Assembly: GCA_032718475.1 (NCBI GenBank) | Contig: JAUCBJ010001737.1 | Coordinates: forward strand, 1 to 39,630 | Direction: 5' to 3' | DNA length: 39,630 bases | Origin: Nemertoderma westbladi | Taxonomy: Eukaryota > Animalia > Xenacoelomorpha | Shown here: piece by piece, positions 11,488 to 23,009 of the stretch | How positions within the stretch are numbered: position 1 is the stretch's first letter | Layout: the number at the start of each line of letters is the position of its first letter | Position numbers and translations under genes: made by a program | The notes under the pieces: generated by a model | What the model saw: only the letters and a program-made list of their open reading frames with translations | Databases searched by the model: none | What the model was told of the DNA's origin: nothing

Positions 11488-12780
11488 TAGTTCCGTAGTT
11501 CAGGTAATCCACCGAAGCAGCGTAGTCAGTACAGTAGTAGTTATATTTCGCCATACAACAGTTTACCAGAACGAGACCACTGGATTGCCGCATTGCCAAC
11601 AGGCCAATGTTACCATGGTTCGCCTTTTATCTACGGATTAAGAAAGCGGTCACCGGTCACCTGTATCACCCACTGGCGAGCTGGCGTGAGTTTCCCGAGG
11701 ATGTTACGCACATCAAGGTCAGAAGGTGGCCGGTGGGTCGTTGCGATTACAACCAGCGGAACCAGGCAACCAAATGAATTTCCCGGAGTACCGGCATCCT
11801 TTCTGCACTCCAGCACTCTGCCTGTATCAATGTATAGGCCTACCGCGAGCATCTTCGACGCCACGTCAACGGGACAACACTATAAATGGGCCTTTTGAAA
11901 AGAAATCACATGTGGTGTGCACCAAATTGACTGATTGATTAGTGGTATTCCCGGTAATACTGTAATAATATAAATAATGTAATATAAATAAAGTAGGCCT
12001 AATAACATAAAACTGTAAAGTACCTGATACTCCTGATAGTACCAGAGTACAGTACTGCAGTAGTACTGTAGTAATACAAAGTAGGCATATCAGCCTATGG
12101 TATTTATATAAAGTGATAATATAAAATACCAAATAATAAATACCGGCTGACCGGTAGGCCTATTGCTATAAATCGATAAAGTAGGCCTAATTATAAAATA
12201 ATGAAATTTGTTGTGCATCTTTAAACAAATAATTAAATAATAGGCCTACTGGCCTTGGCCTAGGCCCACCCTACATAGAACTGTAGAAAAGAAACTGAAT
12301 ACAGAAATATTATAAATTAGGTAGGGCCTACCTAACTAACGTGCCTAGGTCACCGGCAGACCGGGGTAATCAGGTAGGCCTAATCAATGTCTTAAAGTAA
12401 ATTGAATTTAATACAGAAATAACAATAACGTCACCTGATAACGAAGGACTACTATTTAGTGCACTACTGCACTATCCAGCTATCAGCATCAGCACTCAAA
12501 AACTAAATCCCTTTAAATTCTATAATGCTTAGGCCATAGGCTTACTACTGTACTACTGTGAATTAAATATAATGCAAGTGTTATTATAATTAATGTGTAG
12601 GTCTACGACTAATAATAAATAAAAAATAAAATAAAGGGACTACAAAAGGACATAACGAAAGGGACTAGCCTAGGCCTATATAATTTATAAACACAAAAAA
12701 TATAGAAAACAATTCATGAAAGCAACAGCTAATTGAAAAACTAATACCAGAAATAGATTCTCCATAATTTTTTACCCCAG

Positions 12781-12813
12781 AATGTGTATGTCTATCACTC
12801 GAACTGGTTACAG
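12781..12813 (+). CDS. Possible 33-nt symmetric (phase 1-1) cassette exon of the host gene
   Basis: ttttttaccccag| acceptor and CAG|GTAACA donor. Reads (E)CVCLSLELVT in the frame joining 3372 to 16523. Confidence 0.35.
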
Positions 12814-13779
12814 GTAACAGAAACCAACATTTAACCGTGCTGCCGTGTGCCAGTCTTCAGTATCAGTAGGCCTAGTCCTTGTGTAATGCAGTACCGGTAA
12901 TGCTGTAATGTTAAACCAAGGCCATCTAAACAACAAGTTTGGTTCCATTTCATCCATGATTGATGACTTATTAGCGTTCAAACATTCCTGCCAAAAACAT
13001 AGGCAGCTACAAACAAACAAAAGCTGCAGGAACTCGAGCGATAATTAATTATTAAATACTGTTTCAATTAAATTCTTTACGAAAATCTAGTTATCTTCTT
13101 TTAAATATGGACCCTGCATTCCGCATTCGTGGAAAATATAATATTTGATAATTCAGCAGTCAGTTCAGTCATTCAGTTGTTTAGATGGGCTTAGATAGAT
13201 GGGTTTAGATGGGGTTGTGCTGTCAGGTCAGTTAGCTCAGAGTTGTATATGGTAGATATAGACGTAGTAGTGGGCGTAGCGTTTACACTAATACCAAATT
13301 AATCTAAACTTAATTCATAAAAATCTACCAAGCCCATCCCACTATGATACCTACTGTAGTAATAGCCAAGAATTTGGCGCTCACTTCTCACATGTAGCAG
13401 GAAGGTCCTACACCACACCCAATACACGAACTACGTAGAATATTTCAATAATATTGTTAAACTTTTCATCAAAGATTTACAAAGTTGAATTCTTCTTTTT
13501 AGATAAACATATGTTTTCATATTTATTTTTTCACATGTATCATTTCAAAATTCTCTATACAAGTTTTATTGGTCAATATGTCAAGACCATTTACTGAAAA
13601 TTTCAAACGAATTGAGTAAAAAATGATGGAGTAGATAGATTTTGCGTAAAGCAAAAAACGAGAAAAAATATTATGAGTAAAATGCGTTTAAAGTTTGAAC
13701 CTTCCCGCGCAAATTGGTCTGTCTCTATGTGACTGCTGATATGAATTAATTAAAATAGTCATTTACGAGTGATTTTAAG

Positions 13780-14379
13780 GGAGCAGACAGCTGAAATTGT
13801 CACTATGGGGTTTTTCGTAGTCGCTGATTTCAATTCTAATGTCAGTTTTCAAATTTGGACAAATCAACTCTGTCTGTCTGGCTGTCTGTAGGGTCTGTGT
13901 GTCTGTTGGTTTGTCCGTCAAAATATAATAAAACACGCGAAATATCTAAAAGTTTCGGTTTGGGGGTTTTCCATGTCGCTGATTCCATTTCCGATGTCAG
14001 TTTTGGTTGAATTTTGTCTGTCTATCTGTCAGTTTGGCTGCTGTCGGTGTCTGTCTTGTCGGTCTATTTGTCTGTTCGAATGCCTGTCAACATACAAAAA
14101 CACACATTCTAGCTAATATTTTCATTATGGGGGTTTTCGGGGTCGCTGATTTCATTTCCGGTGTCAGTTTTGAAGTTCGGCAAAATCTACATTTTTTGGG
14201 GAAAATATTGTTAATCATATTTTTATGGATACGTCCCGTATTGAAATCATCATATCTGCAAAACTAAACATATTGAGAAGTCATAACTTACATATTCGGA
14301 TTCGCCATTAAATTCTGCACAAAAATTGACTAAAAAAGGTTTTTGCATTTTTATCCTAAAAAAGGTAAAGTCCCTTAAC
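13780..14379. mobile_element. Probable non-autonomous DNA-element remnant with three ~160-bp internal repeats and degenerate (TCTG)n tracts
   Basis: The core TGGGGGTTTT..GTCGCTGATT.CA.TTC..TGTCAGTTTT occurs at about 13804, 13961 and 14126, separated by ctgt/tctg tracts. It ends in ...GTCCCTTAA. No convincing matching left terminus. Confidence 0.45.
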
Positions 14380-14756
14380 GTATCCTAAGCCTAAACCTTA
14401 GCCGAGGATCGCCCCATACTGAAATGAAGTCTTGCAATTAATAATATTTATTGAATTGACTATCAGCATTGGTACCGGTGTAGAAGGCACCGTCCAGGTA
14501 CTACGGTAGTACAAAGTGCCTAGTCACCAGATACTAACGTTGTACGAAGGTCTAAATAGGATGAAGGTCCGAATAGGTAGAATTTGCAATGTAATAATTG
14601 CATAATTTATCAATTTAGGGAAATGAGCAGATTACACTGGCACGTTATTCTAACCAAAACAATAAACGAGAGTCAATAACACAGGTCACAGTTAAATTTT
14701 TTACGGGACAAAGCGAAATAATTAGGGTGAGTACAGCTAGACTGTTACCGCTACTT

Positions 14757-15970
14757 AGTACCAGTTGCCTAGGCGGTTAATACTACGGTAGTACCAGATG
14801 CCTAGGCGGTTAATACTACGGTACTAACAGTTGCCTAGGCGGTTAATACTACGGTAGTACCTGATGCCTAGTGGTTAATACTACGGTAGTACCTGTTTCC
14901 TAGGTGGTTAATACTACGGTAGTACCAGTTGCCAAGGCGGTTACTACGGTAGAACCTTATTCCTAGGTGGTTAATACTACGGTAGTACCTGATGCCTAGG
15001 CTGTTAATACTATGGCAGTACCTGATGCCTAGGTGGTTAATACTACGGTAGTACCAGTTGCCTAGGCGGTTAATACTACGGTAGTACCAGTTGCCTAGGC
15101 TGTTAATACTACGGTAGTACCTGATGCCTAGGTGGTTAATACTACGGTAGTACCAGTTGCCAAGGCGGTTACTACGGTAGTACCTTATTCCTAGGTGGTT
15201 AATACTACGGTAGTACCTGATGCCTAGGCTGTTAATACTACGGTAGTACCTGATGCCTATGTGCAGGTGGTTAATACTTCGGTAGTACCTGATGTCGAGG
15301 TGGTTAATACTACGGTAGTACCTGATGCCTAGGCGGTTAATACTACGGTAGTACCTGATGCCTAGGTGGTTAATACTACGGTAGTACCTTATGCCTAGGT
15401 GGTTAATACTACGGTAGTACCTGATGCCTAGGTTGATAATACTACGGTAGTACCTGATGCCTAGGTGGTTAATACTACGGAAGTACCTGATGCCTAGGCG
15501 GTTAATACTACGGTAGTAGCTGATGCCTAGGTGGTTAATACTACGGTAGTACCTGATGTCGAGGTGGTTAATACTACGGTAGTTCCTGATGCCTAGGTGG
15601 TTAATACTACGGTAGTACCTGATGCCTAGGTGGTTAATACTACGGTAGTACTTGATGTCTAGGCGGATAATACTACGGTAGTTCCTGATGCCCAGGCGGT
15701 TAATACTGCGGTAGTACCTGATGCCTAGACTGTTAATACTACGGTAGAACCTGATTTCGAGGTGGTTAATACTACGGTAGTACTGCGGTAGTACTTGATG
15801 CCTAGGCTGTTAATACGACGGTAATACCTGATGCCTAGGTGCAGGTGGTTAATACTACGGTAGTAAGCCTACCTGATGTCGAGGTGGTTAATACTACGGT
15901 AGTACCTGACGCAAAGGTGGTTTATACTACGGTATAGTACCTAATGCCTAGGCATGTTGTACTACGGTAT
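14757..15970. repeat. Minisatellite, 33-bp unit (GGTTAATACTACGGTAGTACCTGATGCCTAGGT), about 36 copies
   Basis: Read directly; for example CCTAGG at 15361 and 15394. Confidence 0.97.
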
Positions 15971-16522
15971 ATGACCCCGCTAGCGGATCATATAATTGGC
16001 TGTGCCACTCATTTAGTAGAGTTGTCCGGGTTGGTTTGTAGAATTAATTTGGAATGGGTTGTTCAGTCTAATTAGAGCGTTTGGTGCATACGACCCCAGA
16101 ATAAATTTTAATTAGGCCAAGACTAATATCAGTAATACATACAACATTGTTATGTAATGTATCTGGCCATTCATTTTGATATGATAACAAATCTGAATCG
16201 GTGGCTGACCTGGTGTTATCACCGGTTGTTATATCATATCAAATCAGTTATATCATATCAGTTATCATATCAAAATGAATGGCCAGAAGCTAGGTCTTCC
16301 CAAAAATATAAGTTCCAGATGGTTACCAAAAAGTATCCCCTATGCTGGCTGGCCCTTGGACTAAGTAACAAAAACTAAAAATAAAAATAAATTAGTGCTT
16401 CAACAAAAAATATTTGTTCTAGAACTAAAAAAGTAGCTGTAAACAAGTTGTCAGATGGGGTGCACCAAACAGGATATTCCCCAGCAATTATTGACGTTTA
16501 GCGTGTTTCTCCCATCTCCCAG

Positions 16523-16712
16523 ATGACACCAATCACAGATTGCTACGTAATAAACTGCAACGCGCTGATACCGACACCCAGACTCGTCCAACTTCTGGCA
16601 CAAGGCCTCCATTGAAACCTTTGAAGAGACCGAGCAATTTACAACCCAAAATCGTTAAACCTGTAAAGAAAGTTGATCGGCCCACCTCCCGGTCTAGTGT
16701 TGTATCTAAGGG
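16523..16712 (+). CDS. Internal coding exon of the host gene
   Basis: Polypyrimidine acceptor tttctcccatctcccag|. Frame (D)DTNHRLLRNKLQRADTDTQTRPTSGTRPPLKPLKRPSNLQPKIVKPVKKVDRPTSRSSVVSKG. Donor GG|GTAAGT at 16713; its phase 2 matches the acceptor at 22139. Confidence 0.8.
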
Positions 16713-17066
16713 GTAAGTAACCTGTGACCATACCTATGTGATCATACCTAACTTAAATAACCTGCACTATGGTGCAGTGCTCGGTAGACTGAGATACGTT
16801 CAGTCCATACCATGCAAACCAAAGGCGTGTTCAGTCCATGCCATGTAACTCAAAGGAATGTTCAGTCCATGCCATGAAAACCAAACGAGAGTTCACTTCA
16901 TGCCATCCAAACAAAATGAGTGTTCAGTCCATGTCCCATGCAAATCAAAGAAGTGTTCACTGTTCAGTCCATGGCATCTAAACCAAATGAGTGTTAAGTT
17001 TATGCCAAGCAAGTCAATGGAGTGTTCACTGTTCAGTCCATACCATGCAAACCAAATGAGTGTTAA

Positions 17067-18724
17067 TAATAATAATAATAATTGTTTATTCCAGGACCCC
17101 CAAGTTTCCCTGGTGTCCCATAACGTACATGGCCTATAGTTCTTGCACAAACAAAAAGTAGAGTAAAGTAATGTAGTAAGGAAACACAATTGTATGTACA
17201 CGTAATAAATTAATAAGACCATTATTCAGCCCAATTTCTTAAAACAGACATCCCCATGATTCTACTATGGCAGCAAGTGGTCATAATAGTTGCCTGTACG
17301 AGGCTATTCGGGCAACTATAGGCACGGCCTAAAAAAGACGTTATAGCCCCCGATCTAATATGAATAAACTTTGGTAACCCCAGGCTACCAAACATATACG
17401 AAGCACTGCACCCCCATGGAAATTTGAATAACCTCCTTGCTGTATTATTATACGCTACCCTAAACTTATTATGCACCATACTAGAATAATTTGACCTGGC
17501 CCACAGATAATTACAGTATACCTGGGTACAAAAACTACGAAATAATTTAATTTTTACCGTAACCGAGCACCCCCCGAATTTCCTAATTATAATATTCGCA
17601 CGCCTATAAAAACTACGAAGTTGATTGTAAATATCAAAATCATCATCGGTAGAGCTACACAGGATGTGCCCTAAGTACTTTACCTCTGACACTACTTCAA
17701 TATTAAGACCATTAATTGTAACATGACCGACATCTGTATTCTTCGCACATTTTGGAAAATAAAATAAGCACTTGGTTTTCTTACAATTTACTTTTATACA
17801 ATGTTCTAATGCGTACGATTCAAAAATATGAAGTAACTTTTGTAACCCATTAATCGAATTCGAACATATCGCTAAGTCATCCGCGTACATTAAATTATTA
17901 ATACGGACCCCTGACATTTGACACCCTATCCCCGAATTAGAAAGTTCCTTACTTAGGTCATCTATATACACACTATACAGGTACGGCGATAATATCCCAC
18001 CCTGTTTCGTACCATTTGAAACCTGAAAACTCTCTGATATGCACTCCCCCCATTTTACAAAAAGAACCTGTGATCTATACCACATACATAATACCCTAAT
18101 ATAAAATAACGGAACACCCCTATTTATCAGTTTCCGAAATAATGTGTAGTGATTAACTAAATCGTAGGCTTTCGAACTGTCAATAAAACAAACATACATA
18201 GCACTATCATTATCCAGGTAATACTGTACCATTTCTTTAAGTGTAAAAATACACAAATCAGTCCCTGAGCCTTTCTTAAAACCAAATTGTGAATCCGATG
18301 TAAATAGTTTATCACAGAAACGTTCTAAGTAAACCAATTCTAATACTTTGCTATATACAGTAGAAATAGCGATACCCCTATAATTATCGATGCTGGTTAT
18401 GTCATCGTTCTTGTCCTTTACAAGGGGAATCATATTACTAACTAATACACCAGGCGGAATATATCCATGTACATTAATAATCGTAAATAGATTGGCTAAG
18501 TGAACTTTTAAATTATAAGGACTATGTAAATAATGCTCACTTGATAAGTTATCAGGACCAGTCGCTTTACCCTTAACTAACTTATCTACAGCAAAAACAA
18601 TTTCTATAGGTTTCACAATCATTTCTGCACTAAATTTAATATCTGAAAAAGCACCTTCTACAAACTCTTTGTGAACATCTGCCTGCTTTGAGTTATATAA
18701 ATTTTCAAATTTATTTTTAAAAAG
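17067..18724 (-). mobile_element. 5'-truncated non-LTR retrotransposon (RTE-X-like by motif style), recent insertion
   Basis: The RT frame is open from the truncation point (NLFKNKFENLYNS...) to the stop at 17222. Short 3'UTR with AATAAA and an (ATT)n tail. GTTAA is duplicated at 17062-66 and 18725-29. Clade assignment is inference. Confidence 0.93.
17222..18622 (-). CDS. LINE ORF2 reverse transcriptase domain (no endonuclease; 5'-truncated)
   Basis: Motifs KATGPD, NYRGI, QFGF, FIDSSKAYD, GTKQGGILSP, YADD and KYLG. No stops or frameshifts. Confidence 0.97.
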   Translation of the reverse strand: MIVKPIEIVFAVDKLVKGKATGPDNLSSEHYLHSPYNLKVHLANLFTIINVHGYIPPGVLVSNMIPLVKDKNDDITSIDNYRGIAISTVYSKVLELVYLERFCDKLFTSDSQFGFKKGSGTDLCIFTLKEMVQYYLDNDSAMYVCFIDSSKAYDLVNHYTLFRKLINRGVPLFYIRVLCMWYRSQVLFVKWGECISESFQVSNGTKQGGILSPYLYSVYIDDLSKELSNSGIGCQMSGVRINNLMYADDLAICSNSINGLQKLLHIFESYALEHCIKVNCKKTKCLFYFPKCAKNTDVGHVTINGLNIEVVSEVKYLGHILCSSTDDDFDIYNQLRSFYRRANIIIRKFGGCSVTVKIKLFRSFCTQVYCNYLWARSNYSSMVHNKFRVAYNNTARRLFKFPWGCSASYMFGSLGLPKFIHIRSGAITSFLGRAYSCPNSLVQATIMTTCCHSRIMGMSVLRNWAE

Positions 18725-21700
18725 GTTAAGTCCATGCCAAGCAAATCAATGGAGTATTCAGTCCATACCATGCAAACCAAATGAGTGTTCAGTCCATTCC
18801 ATGAAAACCACACGAGTGTTCACTTCATGCCATCCAAACAAAATGAGTGTTCAGTCCATGCCCCATGCAAATCAAAGAAGTGTTCACTGTTCAGTCCATG
18901 CCATCTAAACCAAATGAGTGTTAAGTTTATGCCAAGCAAGTCAATGGAGTGTTCAGTCCATACCATGCAAACCAAATGAGTGTTCAGTCCATTCCATGAA
19001 AACCACACGAGTGTTCACTTCATGTCATCCAAACCAAATGAGTGTTCAGTACATGCCATGCAAATCAAAGAAGTATTCTCTTTTCAGTCCATGCCATACA
19101 AACCAAATGATTGTTAAGTCCATGCCAAGCAAATCAATGGAGTGTTCAGTCCATACCATGCAAACCAAAAGAGTGTTCACTTCATGTCATCCAAACCAAA
19201 TGAGTGTTCAGTACATGCCATGCAAATCAAAGAAGTATTCTCTTTTCAGTCCATGCCATACAAACCAAATGAGTGTTAAGTCTATGCCAAGCAAATCAAT
19301 GGAGTATTCAGTCCATACCATGCAAACCAAATGAGTGTTCAGTCCATTCCATGAAAACCACACGAGTGTTCACTTCATGTCATCCAAACCAAATGAGTGT
19401 TCAGTAAATGCCATGCAAATCAAAGAAGTATTCTCTTTTCAGTCCATGCCATACAAACCAAATGAGTGTTAAGTCCATGCCAAGCAAATCAATGGAGTGT
19501 TCAGTCCATACCATGCAAACCAAAAGAGTGTTCACTACATGCCATCCAAACCAAATGAGTGTTCAGTCCAGGCCATGCATATCAACTGAGTGTTCATGCA
19601 AATGAAAGGAGTTTCCAGTCCATACCATGCAAACCAAATGAGTGTTCAGTCCATTCCATGAAAACCACACGAGTGTTCACTTCATGTCATCCAAACCAAA
19701 TGAGTGTTCAGTACATGCCATGCAAATCAAAGAAGTATTCTCTTTTCAGTCCATGCCATACAAACCAAATGAGTGTTAAGTCCATGCCAAGCAAATCAAT
19801 GGAGTGTTCAGTCCATACCATGCAAACCAAAAGAGTGTTCACTTCATGTCATCCAAACCAAATGAATGTTCAGTACATGCCATGCAAATCAAAGAAGTAT
19901 TATCTTTTCAGTCCATGCCATACAAACCAAATGAGTGTTCAGTCCATTCCATGAAAACCACACGAGTGTTCACTTCATGTCATCCAAACCAAATGAGTGT
20001 TCAGTAAATGCCATGCTAATCAAAGAAGTATTATCTTTTCAGTCCATGCCATACAAACCAAATGAGTGTTAAGTCCATTCCATGAAAACCACACGAGTGT
20101 TCACTTCATGTCATCCAAACCAAATGAGTGTTCAGTAAATGCCATGCAAATCAAAGAAGTATTCTCTTTTCAGTCCATGCCATACAAACCAAATGAGTGT
20201 TAAGTCCATGCCAAGCAAATCAATGGAGTGTTCAGTCCATACCATGCAAACCAAAAGAGTGTTCACTTCATGCCATCCAAACCAAATGAGTGTTCAGTCC
20301 AGGCCATGCATATCAACTGAGTGTTCATGCAAATGAAAGGAGTTTCCAGTCCATACCATGCAAACCAAAGGAGTGTTCTGTCCATGCCACGAAAACAATT
20401 GGAGTGTTCAGTCCATGCCATGCAAATTAAAAGAGCGTTCATTCCATACCATGCATAGCAAATCAATGGAGTGTTCAGTTCATGCCATACAAACCAAATG
20501 AGTGTTAAGTCCATGCCAAGCAAATCAATGGAGTATTCAGTCCATACCATGCAAACCAAATGAGTGTTCAGTCCATTCCATGAAAACCACACGAGTGTTC
20601 ACTTCATGTCATCCAAACCAAATGAGTGTTCAGTAAATGCCATGCAAATCAAAGAAGTATTCTCTTTTCAGTCCATGCCATACAAACCAAATGAGTGTTA
20701 AGTCCATTCCATGAAAACCACACGAGTGTTCACTTCATGTCATCCAAACCAAATGAGTGTTCAGTAAATGCCATGCAAATCAAAGAAGTATTCTCTTTTC
20801 AGTCCATGCCATACAAACCAAATGAGTGTTAAGTCCATGCCAAGCAAATCAATGGAGTATTCAGTCCATACCATACAAACCAAATGAGTGTTAAGTCCAT
20901 TCCATGAAAACCACACGAGTGTTCACTTCATGCCATCCAAACCAAATGAGTGTTCAGTAAATGCCATGCAAATCAAAGAAGTATTCTCTTTTCAGTCCAT
21001 GCCATACAAACCAAATGAGTGTTAAGTCCATGCCAAGCAAATCAATGGAGTGTTCAGTCCATACCATGCAAACCAAAAGAGTGTTCACTTCATGCCATCC
21101 AAACCAAATGAGTGTTCAGTCCAGGCCATGCATATCAACTGAGTGTTCATGCAAATGAAAGGAGTTTCCAGTCCATACCATGCAAACCAAAGGAGTGTTC
21201 TGTCCATGCCACGAAAACAATTGGAGTGTTCAGTCCATGCCATGCAAATTAAAAGAGCGTTCATTCCATACCATGCATAGCAAATCAATGGAGTGTTCAG
21301 TTCATGCATGCAAACCAACTGAAAAGGAGTGTTCAGTACATGCCAAGCAAATCAAAGGAATGTTCAGTCCGTGCCATGGAAATAAATGGACTGTTCACTG
21401 TTCAGCCCATACCATGCAAACCAAATGAATGTGAAATCCATGCCATGCTAACAATTGGAGTGTTCAGTACATTCAAATGAAAGGAATGTTCAGTCCATGC
21501 CATGGAAATCAAAGGAGTGTTCAGTACATACCATGCAAACCAAATGAGTGTTCAGTCCATGCTATGCAAATCAATTGAATGTTCAGTCCATGCCATGCAA
21601 ACCATAGAGTGTTCTGTTCAGTCCATGCCATGCAAATGAAAGGAGTGTTCTGTCCTTACCATACAAACCAAACCGAACCAAACAATTGGAGTGTTCAGTG

Positions 21701-22139
21701 CATGCCATGAAAACCACACGAGAGTTCACCTCATGCCATCCAAACCAAATGAGTGTTCAGTACATGCCATGTAACTCAAAGGAATGTTCAGTCCATGTCA
21801 TGAAAATCAAAACGAGTGTTCACTTCATGCCATACAAACCAAATGAGTGTTCAGTCCATGCCATGCAAATCATAGAGTGTTCTGTTCAGTCCATGCCATG
21901 CAAATGAAATGAATGTTCAGTCCTGTTTTTCTTTCGCGTACCCTTTTATATGCCTGACACATGATAATTGAAGAGTAGTCGTCAATATGACCTGCGTGAC
22001 TACCGCTACCAGATTTTGGGAATATCACAACCGCATCCTGAGTTATGGATATCAAAGGAAGTTAACATAACACAAAACACATTTTAGTATCTGTGATATT
22101 TAGATCAAGTAATCTCATGTAATCTATCTTGTATTACAG

Positions 22140-22650
22140 GTCTGTGCCCATCGGTAGGAAGGCGGGATCCACAATCTCTCAGGGATCTCGATCCAGCTCG
22201 GACCGGGGAAGCCCGGTTCCGTCACCCGCCACAAGTACCACGAGCGGGAATGTTCCGAGCAGATGGGAGAAGTCGAAAACCTTAATCGCGAAAACCGGAA
22301 TAAAAACAGTCAACCAACTGGTAGACGCAAAGAACCGCGTTAGTCGAGTAACCAAAGTCGAAAAAGGAAAGTCTAATGAACCGGTGAGGAAGATTAGTTC
22401 TGGTTCATCTGTGAGTTCGGAAAAGAGAGGAAGGTCGACGAAGGGAGACGCATCGGATGATAAGTTGAAGGTCGGAGCGGGGGTGGGAGAGAGAGGCGTC
22501 CCTGAAGGCGGTTCGGTGACCCATACCGAGGCGATGGGAGGGGGCGCGGAAGATAAAGAGACCTCCGAAAGTATCGGCGACGATAAGTCGGCTAAGAGTG
22601 GCGCAGATTATTCCATTTGTAGTCTAGAGAGCGAGGATTTACCTATCTAA
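22140..22650 (+). CDS. Terminal coding exon of the host gene (Ser/Lys/Gly-rich, probably disordered)
   Basis: Acceptor ttgtattacag|G. In-frame join KG+SVPIGRK... to the stop at 22650. AATAAA at about 22766. Confidence 0.78.
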
Positions 22651-23009
22651 CCTATTAGTTAGTGCACAAAGACTCACCTAACGAAGTAGCTCCCGATATA
22701 ACCAACCAGTTAGTTAGAGGGTAGACTTACTCAACGAATTAGCTAAAACGATGATTAAATTATTTAATAAAATGTAATAATATTAGTGGTAATTAATAGT
22801 GTATACATTAGTCTAAAATAGATTGGATTTATAGTAAATACATTGATTAAAGTCTGTAGAAATTCATCATTTTCCTTGTTCCTCTATTCTAAATTTTTCT
22901 GATAACTTATGGGATAATTAATAGCAGAAACAATTGGTATAAATGATATGACGTCAGAAGGTAAACATGAACTATTACACAATGACTATTAATATAGTGT
23001 AATTGTTGC

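Larger units (their letters stand above)
16797..21922. repeat. Minisatellite, ~31-bp unit (GAGTGTTCAGTCCATGCCATGCAAACCAAAT), with higher-order variant blocks, interrupted by a LINE
   Basis: Read directly. Identical blocks recur (for example 20139 and 20961, offset 822). The array lies wholly within intron 16713-22139. Confidence 0.97.

Noticed and set aside
11441-11938. GC-richer patch with several short overlapping ORFs
   Set aside because: No recognisable domain or convincing splice pair in any frame. Possibly a decayed TE fragment.
18785-21907. Cys/His/Met-rich ORFs resembling zinc fingers
   Set aside because: Translations of the 31-bp repeat with frequent stops.
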